Source: Pocillopora damicornis (taxonomy: Eukaryota). Taken from it: a DNA stretch of 64,000 bases. Location of the stretch: the NCBI RefSeq assembly GCF_003704095.1, contig NW_020844494.1, forward strand, positions 186,001 through 250,000. Direction: 5' to 3'. The translations under genes were made by a program, and so were the position numbers. This document shows, piece after piece, positions 1-31,999 of the stretch. Numbering within the stretch: the stretch's first letter is position 1; each line of letters opens with the position of its first letter. The notes below the pieces were generated by a model, which did not search any database, had not been told where the DNA came from, and saw nothing but the letters and a program-made list of their open reading frames with translations.

Positions 1-1108
1 ATGTTAACTTTATTAGAATATAATTTAAAAACAGCAACTGACAAGGTACATGTAAACATGACTTAAATTTTCCATAGTTGGAAGTAAAAACAGTTAGGTC
101 TGGTCAGCTCACAGCCTTTGTGAGTGAGGTTGCATAATTAAATAGAAGGCACAATAATTTATACTCCATAACTTGAGATAGTCAAATTAATCTTTAAGTC
201 ATCCAAATTTCATAATATTAATTGATAGAATGTATATCTGATTCTAAAGTATGTCGCAGTTCTTGCAACATTCAAGGCATATCAATTTAAACCCCATTGA
301 ATCTAGTTATTGATGAGAAATCTTGCCACAATCAAATTCAAATCTAAAATCTTGAAAGTTTAACAAAATAGATGAGTATATTTAGAGGGCAAATTTCTTC
401 CACTTCAGGATTCCTTTGAAACGTTTTTACAGCCATTTACACTCTTTTAATTGACTTGAGTTGAGACTCCAAATAAAGACATATATCAAACAGATTTTAA
501 AATTTGTCATTTGAAAATATCAATAAATTCATGGTTCATAATTTACCCCAGTGCCTCCAGCTCTCTGGAAACCACAAAAGATGAGGCAGGAATTCTAACT
601 ACATATCAAAATAAGTATCATAATCAATGTTGCCAGCATTATCATAATTGTTATTATCACAATTATTACTATTAACTTCATCACCTTCATCAATATTATC
701 AGCATTAAAAAACAACCAATATGTGGGGGCTATTATGCTGGATGAGAATAAATTATAAACAAATTATATGTTTTCATTATCACAGGATACTAAATAAATG
801 TTTTTTTTAACATTGTCATTAGTTGAGTATTAGTAATTCTAATGAGAACTTGCCACCTTTGAATTAATTTTCTGTAATGAATATCTTGAGATTACTGACA
901 TACATGGTATAGCTGTAACTCTCCTCAAGGCACTATAAAGCAGCAATTGCCACTATTAACCAACACACATTCTTCTTAAAGGTTTCTCTCCAAAATTTTA
1001 CTTGCTACTGTAAATTATCATTGAATATATTACTAAACAACAATGACAAAATCCTTAAATTATCAAAGTCTTCAGTTTGCATCCATTTTTTACATGATCA
1101 CTCTTTTG

Positions 1109-3943
1109 CTATTGAATGGCACAAACAGCACTCTTGTTCTGTTGTAAGGCAGTTGGCAGATCAGTGCTTTTGTTTAGTCGTACCATCTCTAAAATCTGAG
1201 GATGACAAGAAAAGGAAAACTAGGTTTTATTGAAAGTTCTTGCTGGTAGCAAAAATGAAGACCCCCGAAAGCTAAGACCTAAGACCTAAGACCCAAAAGT
1301 GAAGACCTGAAAACCAAGACCAAGAAACCAAGACCCAAACAAAAAGACCTGTGGTACCTCTTACTATTCCCTAAAATTCCTTGTAATTCTTGAAAATTCA
1401 ACAGGTAACATGATTGTTCTACTGAGGTCTAAAATTTTCTTTTACCTATCATTCTTGAAATAAGAGAGAAAACTGCTTGATTCTCCTTTTTTCCCCTGAC
1501 CTAGTGTCCCGTTGCTCTGCTAGAGCTGTACTGAATTTCAGGAGAAGACCTTAAGTTCAATTATTTCTTTTGGAAACACGCTCCAAAGAGAAGAGACCCA
1601 TTTGATGATTTTACTATGTTTGAATCAGTTAATGTATCATACAGCTCAGGGGAACACTTTCCTAAAATACCTCTCCAATCATACACTGAGGCAGCACCTA
1701 TTTAACTTAATTAACTTAATTTTACCCTTAATACTGCTTTTAACTCAGAACTAAAACAGCAACCAGCATTTCTTTACCAAATAGCTTTCTCTTTTATAAG
1801 TCAAGAGAGAAGGAAATCAGATTTCAACTTACCCCTATACATTCAAAGAAGTCTATGGAATTTGTATTGTCCACATCTATCTTCTTAAATATCTTTTCCC
1901 TTATATCTGCCTTTGTGTACATCATAGAGTTCCCCTGCTGAGCTATTAAATCCAACATCTTTTCTAGTTCATCACTGTCTATGGTCTGAGAAAAAATTAT
2001 AACAAATCAAAACCAAAATTAAGTAATTTATACAACATGTGCATATTAACTACATTCAGTATTCATGTAGATAAATCAAGTTAAGAGTATAAAAGCCCAC
2101 TTATAAGCCCTCTTGTTTAATATGTGTTTTCCAACCCAACCCTTGACTGTGGCTTCATCCTTATTTGTGTATCAATGGAAAGAAAATATATTTGAAAAAA
2201 CCCATGTTTTTTTTTCCTTTGATTGATTTGCTCCTCTAAATTCTTATAGAATGAAAAATTCAACATAACTTTAAAAACTTTCCTAACCCCATTCCTGTCA
2301 AGATCTGCCTCCACAAACTTTTTCTCAGCAATGAGAACTGTACTTAGAGGAACATCAGGATATCTGCTGGCAATTTCCTGCAAAATTCAAGCAAGAGATT
2401 AACTCTAGAGACAGATATTTTCAAGCAATGTGGCAGACACCTAATTCAAATCACTACCTCATTTGCAAAATTCCATAAAGGGGAAATCTCACCAATCAAT
2501 GAGAAGGAAGCTTTGCATGCTTCCCCAATCAAGTGGCTGCATAATTTTTTTTATTCAATATTCGTGCAGTTTTGGTTTGTCAATGAAGCTAAGTGTTTAT
2601 AGCAATGCAAAATGATGTGGAAACAGGTCTCAGCCAAAATGCACTAGATATTTGCTCTTAAATCAATTAGTGCTAATTCACATTTTTTGACAAGATACAT
2701 GTACAGGTTGCATGTTTTTATTTTTTTTCAGAGGCATGCCCCAGTAACATCTACTTGCTTAGCTTTTCATGACCTTAAGTTCCTGTCTTCTCGGAAAGGT
2801 TTAACAAGTCAGTGGTTGTCTAGTTCATCTTGCAGTGATATTCCAATAACATTTACCAGCCAGTCTCAATTAGCGGTATTGCAATATGTGCTCTTGAGTT
2901 TGTTAAAAATGACCCAATTTCTTAATTTTCAAGTAGATTTTGAACCCAGCATAGTTTTTCTTAGTTTAGAGTTTCACCTGGTATAACTTCTCTGGGTCAT
3001 CAAATGGGTTGTCTATATTCTCTTTATTGTTCCCATCAGTTTTCTCTTCAGCGCCTTTAGTTCCTTTGTCTCTTTTTCTTTGTGCTGGTCTTTTAGGTTT
3101 TTTTGCCTCTGATTGACGGCGTTTTTTGGTTTCCTACAAATTTGTGAACAGAGAATTTTAACTATATCACTGTTGATTGTTGATTCAATTCATCAAAATA
3201 CATGATAGCAAGCCAATAGCAGAAAACAGTAGTCTCTTGCTTGGATTACTTTCAATTTGTAAAAATCCTATGAAGAATTGAGGGGTCTGCTAACTTCCAA
3301 TTAATTCTAGATGTACATTGCTGTAAAATGTAAATCTGATTATTTTGAAAATAATTTTTAAAAAAAGATATCAGGGTAAGACTTACCTTATTCTTTTCAG
3401 CCAACTTTAAAGAAAAAAACAGCAACAAAAAAGAAATCAATAAATTTGTTATATATCTGTAGCTAAGCAGCGTCTTAAGGGAGAAGAATTCTTCAAGTAA
3501 TCCTTAGAAGTTAGGGCGTGTTTAAATGTGCATAATTATGAGGTAGTTTAAATGTAAACAATTCGTAATTTCAACGGTTGTGCGCGCGGAAGGAATTGTT
3601 TGATCGGTCAAACACCTGCTCTTGCATTCTTACAATTACTGACGAATTCTTCAAACCTATCAAACAAAGACAACTGTAATTATCACTTGCTTTACTGTGG
3701 ATCGTTAAAAACAAATATTTATCGTGTTAATCGAGGGTTTCTTCAGATATTTATGCTCACTTGTTTCTCCAATTCCTCCATTTTCTTGCTCATGTCATAA
3801 ACTGTTCCCTTTAGCGAATTACATTCTTTCTCCCTTTCGTGAAGTTTCGCTTTCAGTTCCTCTCTTTCCTTCAATCCCGTCAAAAAATCGTGGGTTGTTT
3901 GATCCCTTTGCAGGGCTGGCTGATCAGTGGTTTCCTCAGACAT
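1109..3943 (-). CDS. Uncharacterised ~239-aa protein: N-terminal coiled coil, basic linker, EF-hand pair, C-terminal CaaX (CAIQ)
   Basis: Seven GT-AG exons, all phase 0, splice into one open frame: 3761-3943, 3616-3648, 3387-3404 (18-nt microexon LAEKNK), 2978-3133, 2288-2377, 1833-1985, 1109-1195. EF loops are DLDRNGTIDSDE and DVDNTNSIDFFE. The protein ends ...NKSAVCAIQ*. Confidence 0.8.
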
Positions 3944-4556
3944 TTGGCAGACAAACTATCGCCAGATCGTTAAGTGAAATTGTCAATCCTATTAAATACA
4001 CTGCAAGTACAGACTCAGTCAAGACGAACTTTGCTAACAAGTGTTAAGACTAACATATCCATGTTCATAGCGCGTGCTGTTTACCACGCTCAGTTTGGCC
4101 TTGTATGTAAACAACTGTTTGTTTGTTGTGTTGCTAGAACACGAATTCCTTTACGCTCTGCTGCTCTTCATTGTGCATCCAAGAACTCGACTACCACAAC
4201 GAATCAGGTAAAGAGCAACACCAAAACAGCCTAAAATTTTCATTTATCAAGAAGTACTTCCTGTCGCGACTCGTGAATGTAACTAATTAGCTTTTATTGT
4301 AAACGAAATCCTACATTCCAGTGGACAGTTGCCTAGACCGTCCTCCGCCCCACCCTCTCCACCCATCCTGTTCCCTTTTTTTTTTTTTCTTTCGCTGATA
4401 TTTTGAGCCCACAAGTAAGCAGCGTATGTAGTCCCTTGTGAGCTAATACTTCATTCATGTAAACTGTCACTTTTTGTAGCCAAAATGTAGGACGACGACA
4501 AACCTCTAAGAGCTTGCAGTAAATGGAAAGTTCTGTTGAATTGGCAGGCTGACAAC

Positions 4557-23345
<18,789 letters not shown>

Positions 23346-23486
23346 CTGGCTTGTTCTCACTATAATTATCAGTTGAGTAAGGCATGGAAAAAGTTTTGTG
23401 CTGGGAGTTTGACTGTAAAATAACAATGTTACCAATAAATGACTGTGAATATATGAAAGTCATATATTTGAACTACAGATTAGGCA

Positions 23487-23639
23487 TGAATATGAAAGAA
23501 ATCTTCGCAGTAATGAACATTACTTGCACAGTTGTGAAAATAAGGCCTGAAAAAATAATTCAGGCCTGTACAGGATCCTGGGATTCGGGATTCACTGTTC
23601 AAGTAGTGTTCATTACTGCAAAGATCTCTTTCATATTCA
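23487..23639. repeat. Inverted-repeat (MITE-like) element in the probable HEATR5 3' UTR
   Basis: TGAATATGAAAGAAATCTTCGCAGTAATGAACATTACTTGCACAGT pairs with ACTGTTCAAGTAGTGTTCATTACTGCAAAGATCTCTTTCATATTCA. Confidence 0.75.
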
Positions 23640-24226
23640 GTGTTACCATTGGTAACAAAATCTCAAGAGCTGTGTCTCCAAACGTCAAATGTGAAAGCCC
23701 ATCATGTCAAACGAAATGCTGTCACTGGAAAAGGAGCAAATGGCCCATGACAGCTACTGAATTTTAAACAACAAAATGTGCTTCTTAAGCTTCCATTACA
23801 CCTCACTCAATTAAAATTGTAGTATGTGCTGCTGTATCAAGCTTACTGAATGACAATAGATCAATAGTTCAGCCATAACAAATCAAATACAATCATTTAG
23901 TTTTATTTTGTACAAAGATTTTAGAGATATTATATAACCATAAACAAATGCAATTTTAGTTCACACATAAGTAAAATTTGAGTTCTAACATGAAACTTAC
24001 ACACTCAAGAAGCCCTGTGAACTAATTGACTTGTTGTAACTAAAGAATCTTGGCAACAGATGGATCCTCTTTGTTTACATTCAAATTAAAAAATCTTATG
24101 ATTGTCTAGAGTGCTTTGACATCAAACAGCTAAATTGAACTTAAATCAACACACTGGACATAGGAAAGCTGAAAATAAAACTTTTATGACCAAAAGGGTT
24201 CAGTTACATTTAATTTCTTTCAGTGC

Positions 24227-25055
24227 TCATTCTTCACTACCCTCCTCTTCTCTCCTTTGTTCTCTGTACTTATTTAACATGTCCACATGTTGTTTGATTG
24301 CTTCTTTCTCTTTTTGTTTGATGTACCTGCATACCTCCCTAAATATCAGAAGACGAGTCAAAACATTTTAAGGGAAAATACTTAACTGTCTTGAGTAACA
24401 ATGGCTATGTATCATCTGAAGTTTTTTTCAACCCAACAACAAATCTCCAGCGGGAGAATGTTCATAATCATCCTTTATGTGTGTAACAAGATAATGGTTG
24501 AACCTGCCCCTTCCTCCATGATCTGCGCAAGTTTGCGGGTTAGGATCGCCACAATAAATTTTTAAATCATTATAAAAATTTGAAGTGCTTGACTCTGTGA
24601 AAGTATGACAATGAGCACATTACCAGCTTCCAAAAGAGATCAAGGCAAAGCCACCAACTGCAAATCGACAGGACTTGAAAACGTGCACTGCAATTACAAC
24701 AAATCAACACCAGGCAATAGAGATTTTCACAATCATTCCTTATGGGAGACTAGCCAAATTTTATTAAAAAATATGAAGCTATCTATAAAATATTGGGTCA
24801 ACTCACTTGTCTTCATAAAGCAACCAAAACCAGCTATCATGCCAGCACCGATACCATACAAGAGTGACTCCCGAGCACAAGGCGTGCGCTCGATAAATTT
24901 TTTAAAATTCCAATTGTACTGAAAACAGGAACAACATAGGATGATTGACTAATAAACCATAAACATTTTTTTTTGTCAAGCAACGCATTTCTCGTCAAAT
25001 TGTGACGTATACAAACCTTTTTAGTAGTAGCGGAGTCAAACACATCATCCGCCAT
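24227..25055 (-). CDS. COX20: Cytochrome c oxidase assembly factor COX20 (FAM36A), 4 exons
   Basis: Exons 25017-25055, 24807-24918, ~24624-24687 and 24227-24338 give ...RTPCARESLLYGIGAGMIAGFGCFMKT...FAVGGFALISFGSWEVCRY..., the family motifs. Confidence 0.9.
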
Positions 25056-25227
25056 TTTGTTTGTTATGCAATAAATCGGTCAGCAGTCGATATCATGAGT
25101 AAATAATTTGTAGTGGTTGACAGCCTCGAAGGATGTTTTTCAAGATGCTTCCAGATGTTTGACAATAGTACTGTACAGTAAAGAAATTCCCTTAATCGTG
25201 CCGGCAAGCCGTAGATCTAATACAAAA

Positions 25228-28200
25228 ATGTCCGGCTACCCGGTAGTGATAAACGTCTACGACATGGTGGGTAAAGTCAGATTATTATCACTGAGAGATC
25301 AAGTTGAAAATATTTCGTGAGAGGAAACAGATGTGATAGAAGTCATTAAGCATCTTCCGACAGTGTTTAAGAAGAAGAATCTTACAGTTCTTATTGTTTC
25401 TTCTTTGTAGTACTGGATAAACCAATACACTTTCCCTGTTGGTCTTGGCGTGTTCCATTCAGGAGTAGTTGTACACGGGAAAGGTAATAACTCTTGGCTT
25501 AATTGAATTGAGAAGCTAGTATAACAAAAGTCTCCTTAAAAATTCGTAGTTTAGCTACTCTTCGTTTTTTCCTTGTTTTTTCGTCATTATTGATATTATT
25601 TCACTGAGTCCTAGACAATAAAATGAAAAAGCGCGTATAGAATAAATTAATATCAAAGACTGAGACATTTACTCACGGATCTCAGTGCTTGTAAGATTTA
25701 CGACAGGTAATTAGAAGTTTCAAGAATTACGATTGTTTATTTAATTAACTTATTTATTTATTTATTCATTTACTCGTTTGCTTAGTTATCTTTTTAATCT
25801 ATATTTCATAATATTTAATTTCCCTCACGCAATAATGATTCATATCGCTATGCCATTTGTTTTCTCACAACGAATATCTTTAAATGTTATCCTCAGGCCA
25901 TATAGTATTGTTTGACATTCTTTGCATGCAACTCATTAGTTCAACTGAGGCACACTTTCTTATACATTTTCGTAAGGTATACACGAAAAGAAACACTACC
26001 CTTGATGTTGTTATGTTGGCAGTCATATCGTGTGCAGTAACATGCTGTTAGAAAAAAAAATGTATAAAATGTGATGGACAATGATGTATAATTGTTTTAC
26101 TGATCCTTTCCGTCTTACCAAAGGAAAATAAAATGCAATTAAAGTTAAAGAACTCCAGTAAGTTGGTGATCAGAAAGGCATGCAGAAGTGATTAACATAA
26201 TAATTCTCCCTATAATATCTTCTAACTATCCAGCAAACAGGTAATGAGAATACTCAAACTTATCAAGTAGAAGTTATCTTGATCTAACTCCAAATTCTTG
26301 TAACTAATTTGCAAAGAAACATGTAGCAGCCAGAGGGGAGAATAAACAATCAGTTCTTGGGAAATAAATAGCAGTGTTTACTAATAGCAAAAACTCCATT
26401 ATTGTTTTGTTTATCTTTTATAGATAACAACGAAATTACCTATCTTGTATCTTTTGTCAATTTATTCTCTTCTTCTAGAATATGCATTTGGAGGACACCC
26501 TTACAACTTTTCAGGAATATTTGAAATGAATCCCAACTCACCTGAAGTTTTAGGAGAGGAATTTAAGTTCAGGTTAGTGTGTCCAATGCCCACTGAATGC
26601 ATCTTTTAGTTTTAATAGACAACCATGCCCTCAACCACACTCTGAAAACCCAGTAAAATAGTTATATTAACATTCTTCTGTTTTCAGTATATTATATTTA
26701 GCAGAATTAGACATGCATTTTTATCAGTTCTTACTTATGGTCTATTGGAGGAGAGATATACAGATGACCTCACCATTAAAAACTTGCTGCTTCTTTAATA
26801 TATAAAACAAATAGATCAGAAAAGAGGGCAAATGTGGTAAGAACATCAGAGGCACAATCAGCCAGGCCTTGTGGACCACTTTTTTATTCTTACCACATTT
26901 TTATGTCATCTGTGAACTATTACTCAACAGACACACAGTAACATGGAATCTGTTTGTTAACCCTTCAACTCCCAAAAGTGATTAGCATGTAACTTCTCCC
27001 TATAATATCCATAGATTAACCTGCACACAGGTAATAAAAATACTCAAACTTATTAGGCAGAAGTTGTTATCTTGATCCCATACCAAATTCTCATTACTAA
27101 TTCACAAGGAAATGAGTTGCAGCTAGAGGGGAGAATTAACAATCAGATCTTGGGACTTAAAGGGTCAATTGTTTTCTCAGCTAACTTTTCCCTCTTCTGG
27201 TTCACATAAACATATATTGAGTAATTCTTTACCTATTTACTCTTTTATTCAAGGGAAACTATAAAAATTGGAACAACAAAACTTTTACCAAGTGAAGTAG
27301 AGGCTCTCTTGAAAAGAATGGGAAACACATACCAAGGACGTTCGTACCATCTCATAGACAAGTATGAAGAGGCTGTTTTCTTCCAGTGGTTGACTACAGT
27401 TTTGAAAGAATTTGTTTGGAGATAAGAATTTAATGCAGTGTTACTTGCTAAAGTTAATTTTTGGTTTCTGTTATTGGAACAGTAACTGAACTTTTACTTA
27501 AAAGAAATAAGATTTTAATCAGAAATGAAGTTCTTTTTAATTGATTTTCTATAATGCCTTTTAATTATGATTATGGTTGATTTCTGTTCCAGAAATTGTA
27601 ATCATTTTACTTCAGAATTTTGTCAGGTGAGAAAAGTCTCTCTATCAAAGTATGACAAAAATAGTATTTCTGGTAGTACATTGTGTCCTTACAACCAGAC
27701 TGCTTTCTTAGTCAATGTTGAAAGTAAACTGCTATGAAGATTGTCAACTTGATGTGGGTCGATCATAAGTAACAGACTGTGAAGTGTCACAAATTTTTAC
27801 ATTTCAGCTTTGCCTTATCCAGTTAATAAGCAAGATATCATGTATGACTGCTGCCCTTTCTCTCTCTTTCCGTCTTGCATTTAGAATCTTTCTGGGTGGT
27901 ACACATGGCTATAAATGACACTCTGCTAGGGAATTTTTTGGTAAAAATTTTCAATAAAACAGTGGAACCACTCTAGGAGTCATGTTCATTAAATTTTGTG
28001 AAATATATCCTATGTGCTCAGCTTGTCATAATGTGTGATGTGGTGTTATTGATTACAGGCTTTGTGTAACAAATCAATTCCGGGTTGGGTGAACAGATTA
28101 GCATCTGTTGGTTCATATTTGCCGTTTCTCCTTAAATGTCTTCCAAAAGAGTGGATACGTCCTGAACCCTATTCTCCAGTTGGAAGCCCTGGCTATGAAT

Positions 28201-28831
28201 CACGCCCTTTTGATGGTAACAATTTATTTTATTACACAACTCATTTTTCTTTCTTTTCCTTTTCTTAAAAGCTCATTTCACAATCTGCAAAATAATGGTT
28301 GTTCAATATGTATGGACATCAAAATGTGTCATGCTATAAATAATACTTCCCTCATGTGTAGTTGTATCTACACCCTTCCTTCCAGATCAAATTTGTAATT
28401 CTCCTTACTGTCAACTATACAATTCTTATAATGTTAGTTCTGAGAATTTAGTGTTGGATCAGTATTGATATTGTAAGGAGAAATTAGAACTGTCTTGGTC
28501 ACTTATGGGAGTTTAAGGGTTAAGCTTTCAAACATTATGCAGTAACAAAAAAGGAACAATAATTTGTTGCAATTGGTAGGTGGTGTACTTTTTTTTAAAT
28601 TCAGCATCATTCCAGTGTTGAATAATGATATTATTTGATTTAGATAAGAAATTTATCAGTGAAACCCTATAAAACCAAGATGCGTAGTTTAGGATGGTTA
28701 AAAAGCTTAGAATACTGATTTGTCACATGCCATTTACTGTCAGAGTTACTTATTATAATAAACAATTTTTTTTTCCCCTAGATTTATCAACATTTGATGA
28801 AGATGATCAACGCAAGTCCAAGCGTAGCTGA
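25228..28831 (+). CDS. DESI2: Deubiquitinase/deSUMOylase DESI2 (PPPDE peptidase), 7 exons
   Basis: [19 protein letters not shown]...[28 protein letters not shown]...YHLIDKNCNHF...IPGWVNRLA; the catalytic His and Cys are present. Confidence 0.93.
26957..27168. mobile_element. piggyBac-like MITE (TTAA-CCCTT...AAGGG termini)
   Basis: Terminal inverted repeats TTAACCCTTCAACTCCCAA / TTGGGACTTAAAGGGTCAA, about 210 bp long; multiple related copies in the window. Confidence 0.7.
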
Positions 28832-29437
28832 CTAGTGGCACCACAAACATCCTGAAGGATTTTCTTACAAATACATCAGGAATTAAACTAGTTAGCTATT
28901 ATTGTTCCTTATGACAGGAACCAGCAAAGGCTATGAGGGAAAGTAGTTCGAAACAAAACAAAGGAAAAATAGGCATGTTACACTCACATGTAACTGAATT
29001 AAAATAAAGTTAACAGTATTTCTTTCATGACATTCATGTATTCAAACCTGAATTTCAAAACTGGTGACAATATTTGCTAGAACAGGAATTGTGATAATGT
29101 GGCTGAAACAAACCATTTCAGAAAAACACAATATAAATAGGAATTTCATTTCCTACAAATTTCTTTTGTTAGATGATGACTTCCTCTAGAAAGGTATTTT
29201 TCAGGATATTTTCCACGTTTTTTTCTATTTTACTCATTTGTAATGAGGTTTTTCTTTTTTCTTCTTGTTATTTCCTCTTTTCCAAAGGACAAATGTCAGT
29301 TATTTCTTTGATCTTTGGAGAATTATTACTCTTAACAACAACATAAAACTTGGGTCAAATCATACTGTAAGTACAGTAATAATAGTTGGTAAAGCTTGAT
29401 GGCCTCGTTGTGAGTAGTCCTGAGGATGACTATTGTC

Positions 29438-29518
29438 TGTTGTAGTAATTGAATTTCTAGATAATGTTGTAGTAATTGAATTTCTAGAAAATGTTGTAGT
29501 AATTGAATTTCTAGATAA
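29438..29518. repeat. 27-bp tandem repeat x3 embedded in a Penelope-like repeat relic
   Basis: TGTTGTAGTAATTGAATTTCTAGATAA occurs three times (one substitution in the second copy). Confidence 0.9.
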
Positions 29519-30002
29519 TCTAAGGGGAAGTCATTATCATAGTCTATGTTTTTCATATTACAATGAAGTCCGGGTCAATATCGACTTATTGTACCTTTTG
29601 ACAATAATAATTAGTCCTTTTTGTGACTTATCTTCTTTTATTTGAATGATTTTGTGTCTGAGTAAATTTCTCACAAAATCTTTGTTTTGTTTCTTTTTTT
29701 TTGTCATCATGATACGTAATGTGGCCATTTATGTTAAGTAAATTTTAAAATGATAAAGTCACATAGGGGACGGAGACAGCTCCTAGATGTACAATGATTA
29801 TTTATTTCTGCTTTTTTAAAATTGTCCATGCTTCATGGTTGGTTATTTAAGGGTGATGAATTCTAAATTCATAATAAATAATCAACAGGAAGAAACAAAT
29901 AAATCCACATGAAAATAATAGAGATATTCTGGTAGTGTCTGCTTTTCTATTAAGTTTCTCTTTCACTGACTCCAAAGATTCAATAGCCGTCAACACTGCC
30001 AA

Positions 30003-30275
30003 CCTTGAACCTTTTTATGTGGAATCCTGTGCACTAATCATTATGCCTTGAACCTTTTGATGTGGAATCCTATGCACTGATCATTATTCCTGGAACCTTT
30101 TGATGTGGAATCCTGTGCACTGATCATTAAGCCTTGAACCTTTTGATGTGGAATCCTGTGCACTGATCATTATGCCTTGAACCTTTTGATGTGGAATCCT
30201 CTATACTGATCATCAGGCCTTGAACCTTTTGATGTAGGATCCTGTGCACTGATCATTAGACCACCATGCCTCCCA
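30003..30275 (-). repeat. 43-bp tandem repeat x6, derived from a tRNA-SINE head, just downstream of the CCDC97 stop
   Basis: Units start at 30003, 30046, 30089, 30132, 30175 and 30218. The minus strand begins GGGAGGCATGGTGGTCTAATGATCAGTGCAC. Confidence 0.85.
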
Positions 30276-30341
30276 TGGGTAACTCATGGGTCAAGTTTTC
30301 ATGTTCAGTATACAGCTGATAGATTTAAAAAGGTGAGACAC

Positions 30342-31999
30342 TTACATGTCTTCACTGTCAAAGTACTGTTCTTCTTCATCTCTTCCTCGTATGGTCAGAT
30401 CATCATACTCATCATTTGCGTCAACTGAACTATAGTCAAACTCTTCTTCTTCACCTCTCATGAATTTGTCTTGCATTGCACTAAGAAATTCTTCATGGAG
30501 CATAAGTTTTTCTTCCTTAGTAGGACATCCCTTGATTGGACTCCCAGGTTCCACTGTAAGAATTAAAGGTGTTTACAGAAGTGACTAGAGACTGACGACC
30601 ATCATAACACAGCTGATTGTCTACGAGCAATTATAATCTGGGTTGTTCAAATCTGGGTTAAGATAACCCATGGTTAGCAAAAGAAAATTCAGTTGAAATC
30701 TTTTTGCTTGCAATTTGATCATTGGATGTTCTAAAAAGAATAGGGAAAGTTTTCTCTAAAAGGCTTTGGAAAAAAGAAATATAGAAACCTGCATTAAAAT
30801 TTAATCCTGTGCTAGCACTAATCAGCCTTTGAACAACTGGGCCCTGATGAAGACTTTTGCTCAAGTTGTCAAAACATTAGTCACAATTGGACAATCATTT
30901 TTTCAGCATAACTCTCACCCAGAGAGCTACACAACATAGTTACATAAAATTTTTGTTGGTGTGCTGTGAGAATTTCATGCTATATCCAAACAATTTCCTC
31001 AACCTAACCCTTTATTCCTAAGGACTAAACATCAATTCTCTATGTTGTTTCCCATACACTTCCTATCATCTAATATCTAAGATTTTGGTGTGGAATCAAA
31101 GGACATTTCCTAATTGAAGTGAACTCTGTATGCAGGTGAATGGAACATTCCATTTCTTTTAACCCCCCGCCCCCTCCACACACACCTGAAGAAGGCCAGA
31201 TTCTGATACCCAAAATTTTTGTTGTCATCACTTTTATTATTAATTTTTGAATCTGAAGGGTTCAAAATTATGTTGGTTTACTTGAAAAAATATTTAAACA
31301 GGCCCTATGCCACACCTCTTCGATGTTGGGTGTATATTACAATGGAGAAGGTGACTAAATTAAATAATCACCTTTATCGATTGAGCTGTCACTCTCCATA
31401 TCTGATTCTTCCTCTTCTTCTTCTAGACAAGCCTCCTGATCTCTCTGATAATTGAGATACCAATCGTTCATTTCCTTCTCTTGTCTATTCATGATCATTT
31501 GTGACAGGCACAGATCGTCTCCAACTTCAGCTCTGTCCCGGTCAAGTTTTTCCTCTGCAGTAAGATACTGACCTATATATTGTTCGTAAAGAAGAGGGGA
31601 CCTTTTTCTCATCTGCTCTTCGCTGAAGAAATCCGTGTCTTTCATTAATCGCTGTAAACATTCATATCGTCTGTTACGTATCCCTGTTTTCTTCTTCTTA
31701 CCATCAAGGATATTTTTTACTTCTTTAAGACGAAAATCTATCTCATATTCTCCCCTTAAATGTTCGAAATTTCCTAGGTCTTTTTCGGAAAGATATCTTC
31801 CAAATCGCATAAGAAAAGAAGCTGGTTTTTTATCGTAAAGCTCGTGTAAAATAGCAATTTTCTCATCCACAGCTAATTCTGGTTCGCCTCTCTGCTGACT
31901 TTTTACAACAGCATCAGTGCTTGCAATGCGAGAAAGCATGTGTTTCACGTTTTGCTCGTGTGTATCTGTGATGTTTTCTTCTTGAGCACATGCCGCCAT
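30342..31999 (-). CDS. CCDC97: Coiled-coil domain-containing protein 97, 2 exons (31372-31999, 30342-30553)
   Basis: KSQQRGEPEL, FLMRFG, IRNRRY, FFSEEQMRKRSPLLYEQYIGQYLT, FLSAMQDKFMRGEEEEFDYSSVD, DEEEQYFD. Confidence 0.92.
30636..30930. mobile_element. MITE relic (CAGGGCCCAGTTGTTCAAA terminus) abutting a second Penelope-like relic
   Basis: Terminal inverted similarity between 30636-30670 and 30810-30846, followed by CTGATGAAGACTTTTGCTCAAGTTGTCAAAAC...ACTCTCACCCAGA. Confidence 0.5.

Noticed and set aside
1259-1350. AAGACC-rich periodic tract
   Set aside because: Degenerate simple repeat in an intron with no sign of function.
23384-23767. 127-aa ORF directly after HEATR5
   Set aside because: It runs through a repeat element in the 3' UTR and has no protein-like features.
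29332-29645. Repetitive ORFs (LEIQLLQH / VVVIEFLDN)
   Set aside because: These are translations of the 27-bp tandem repeat.
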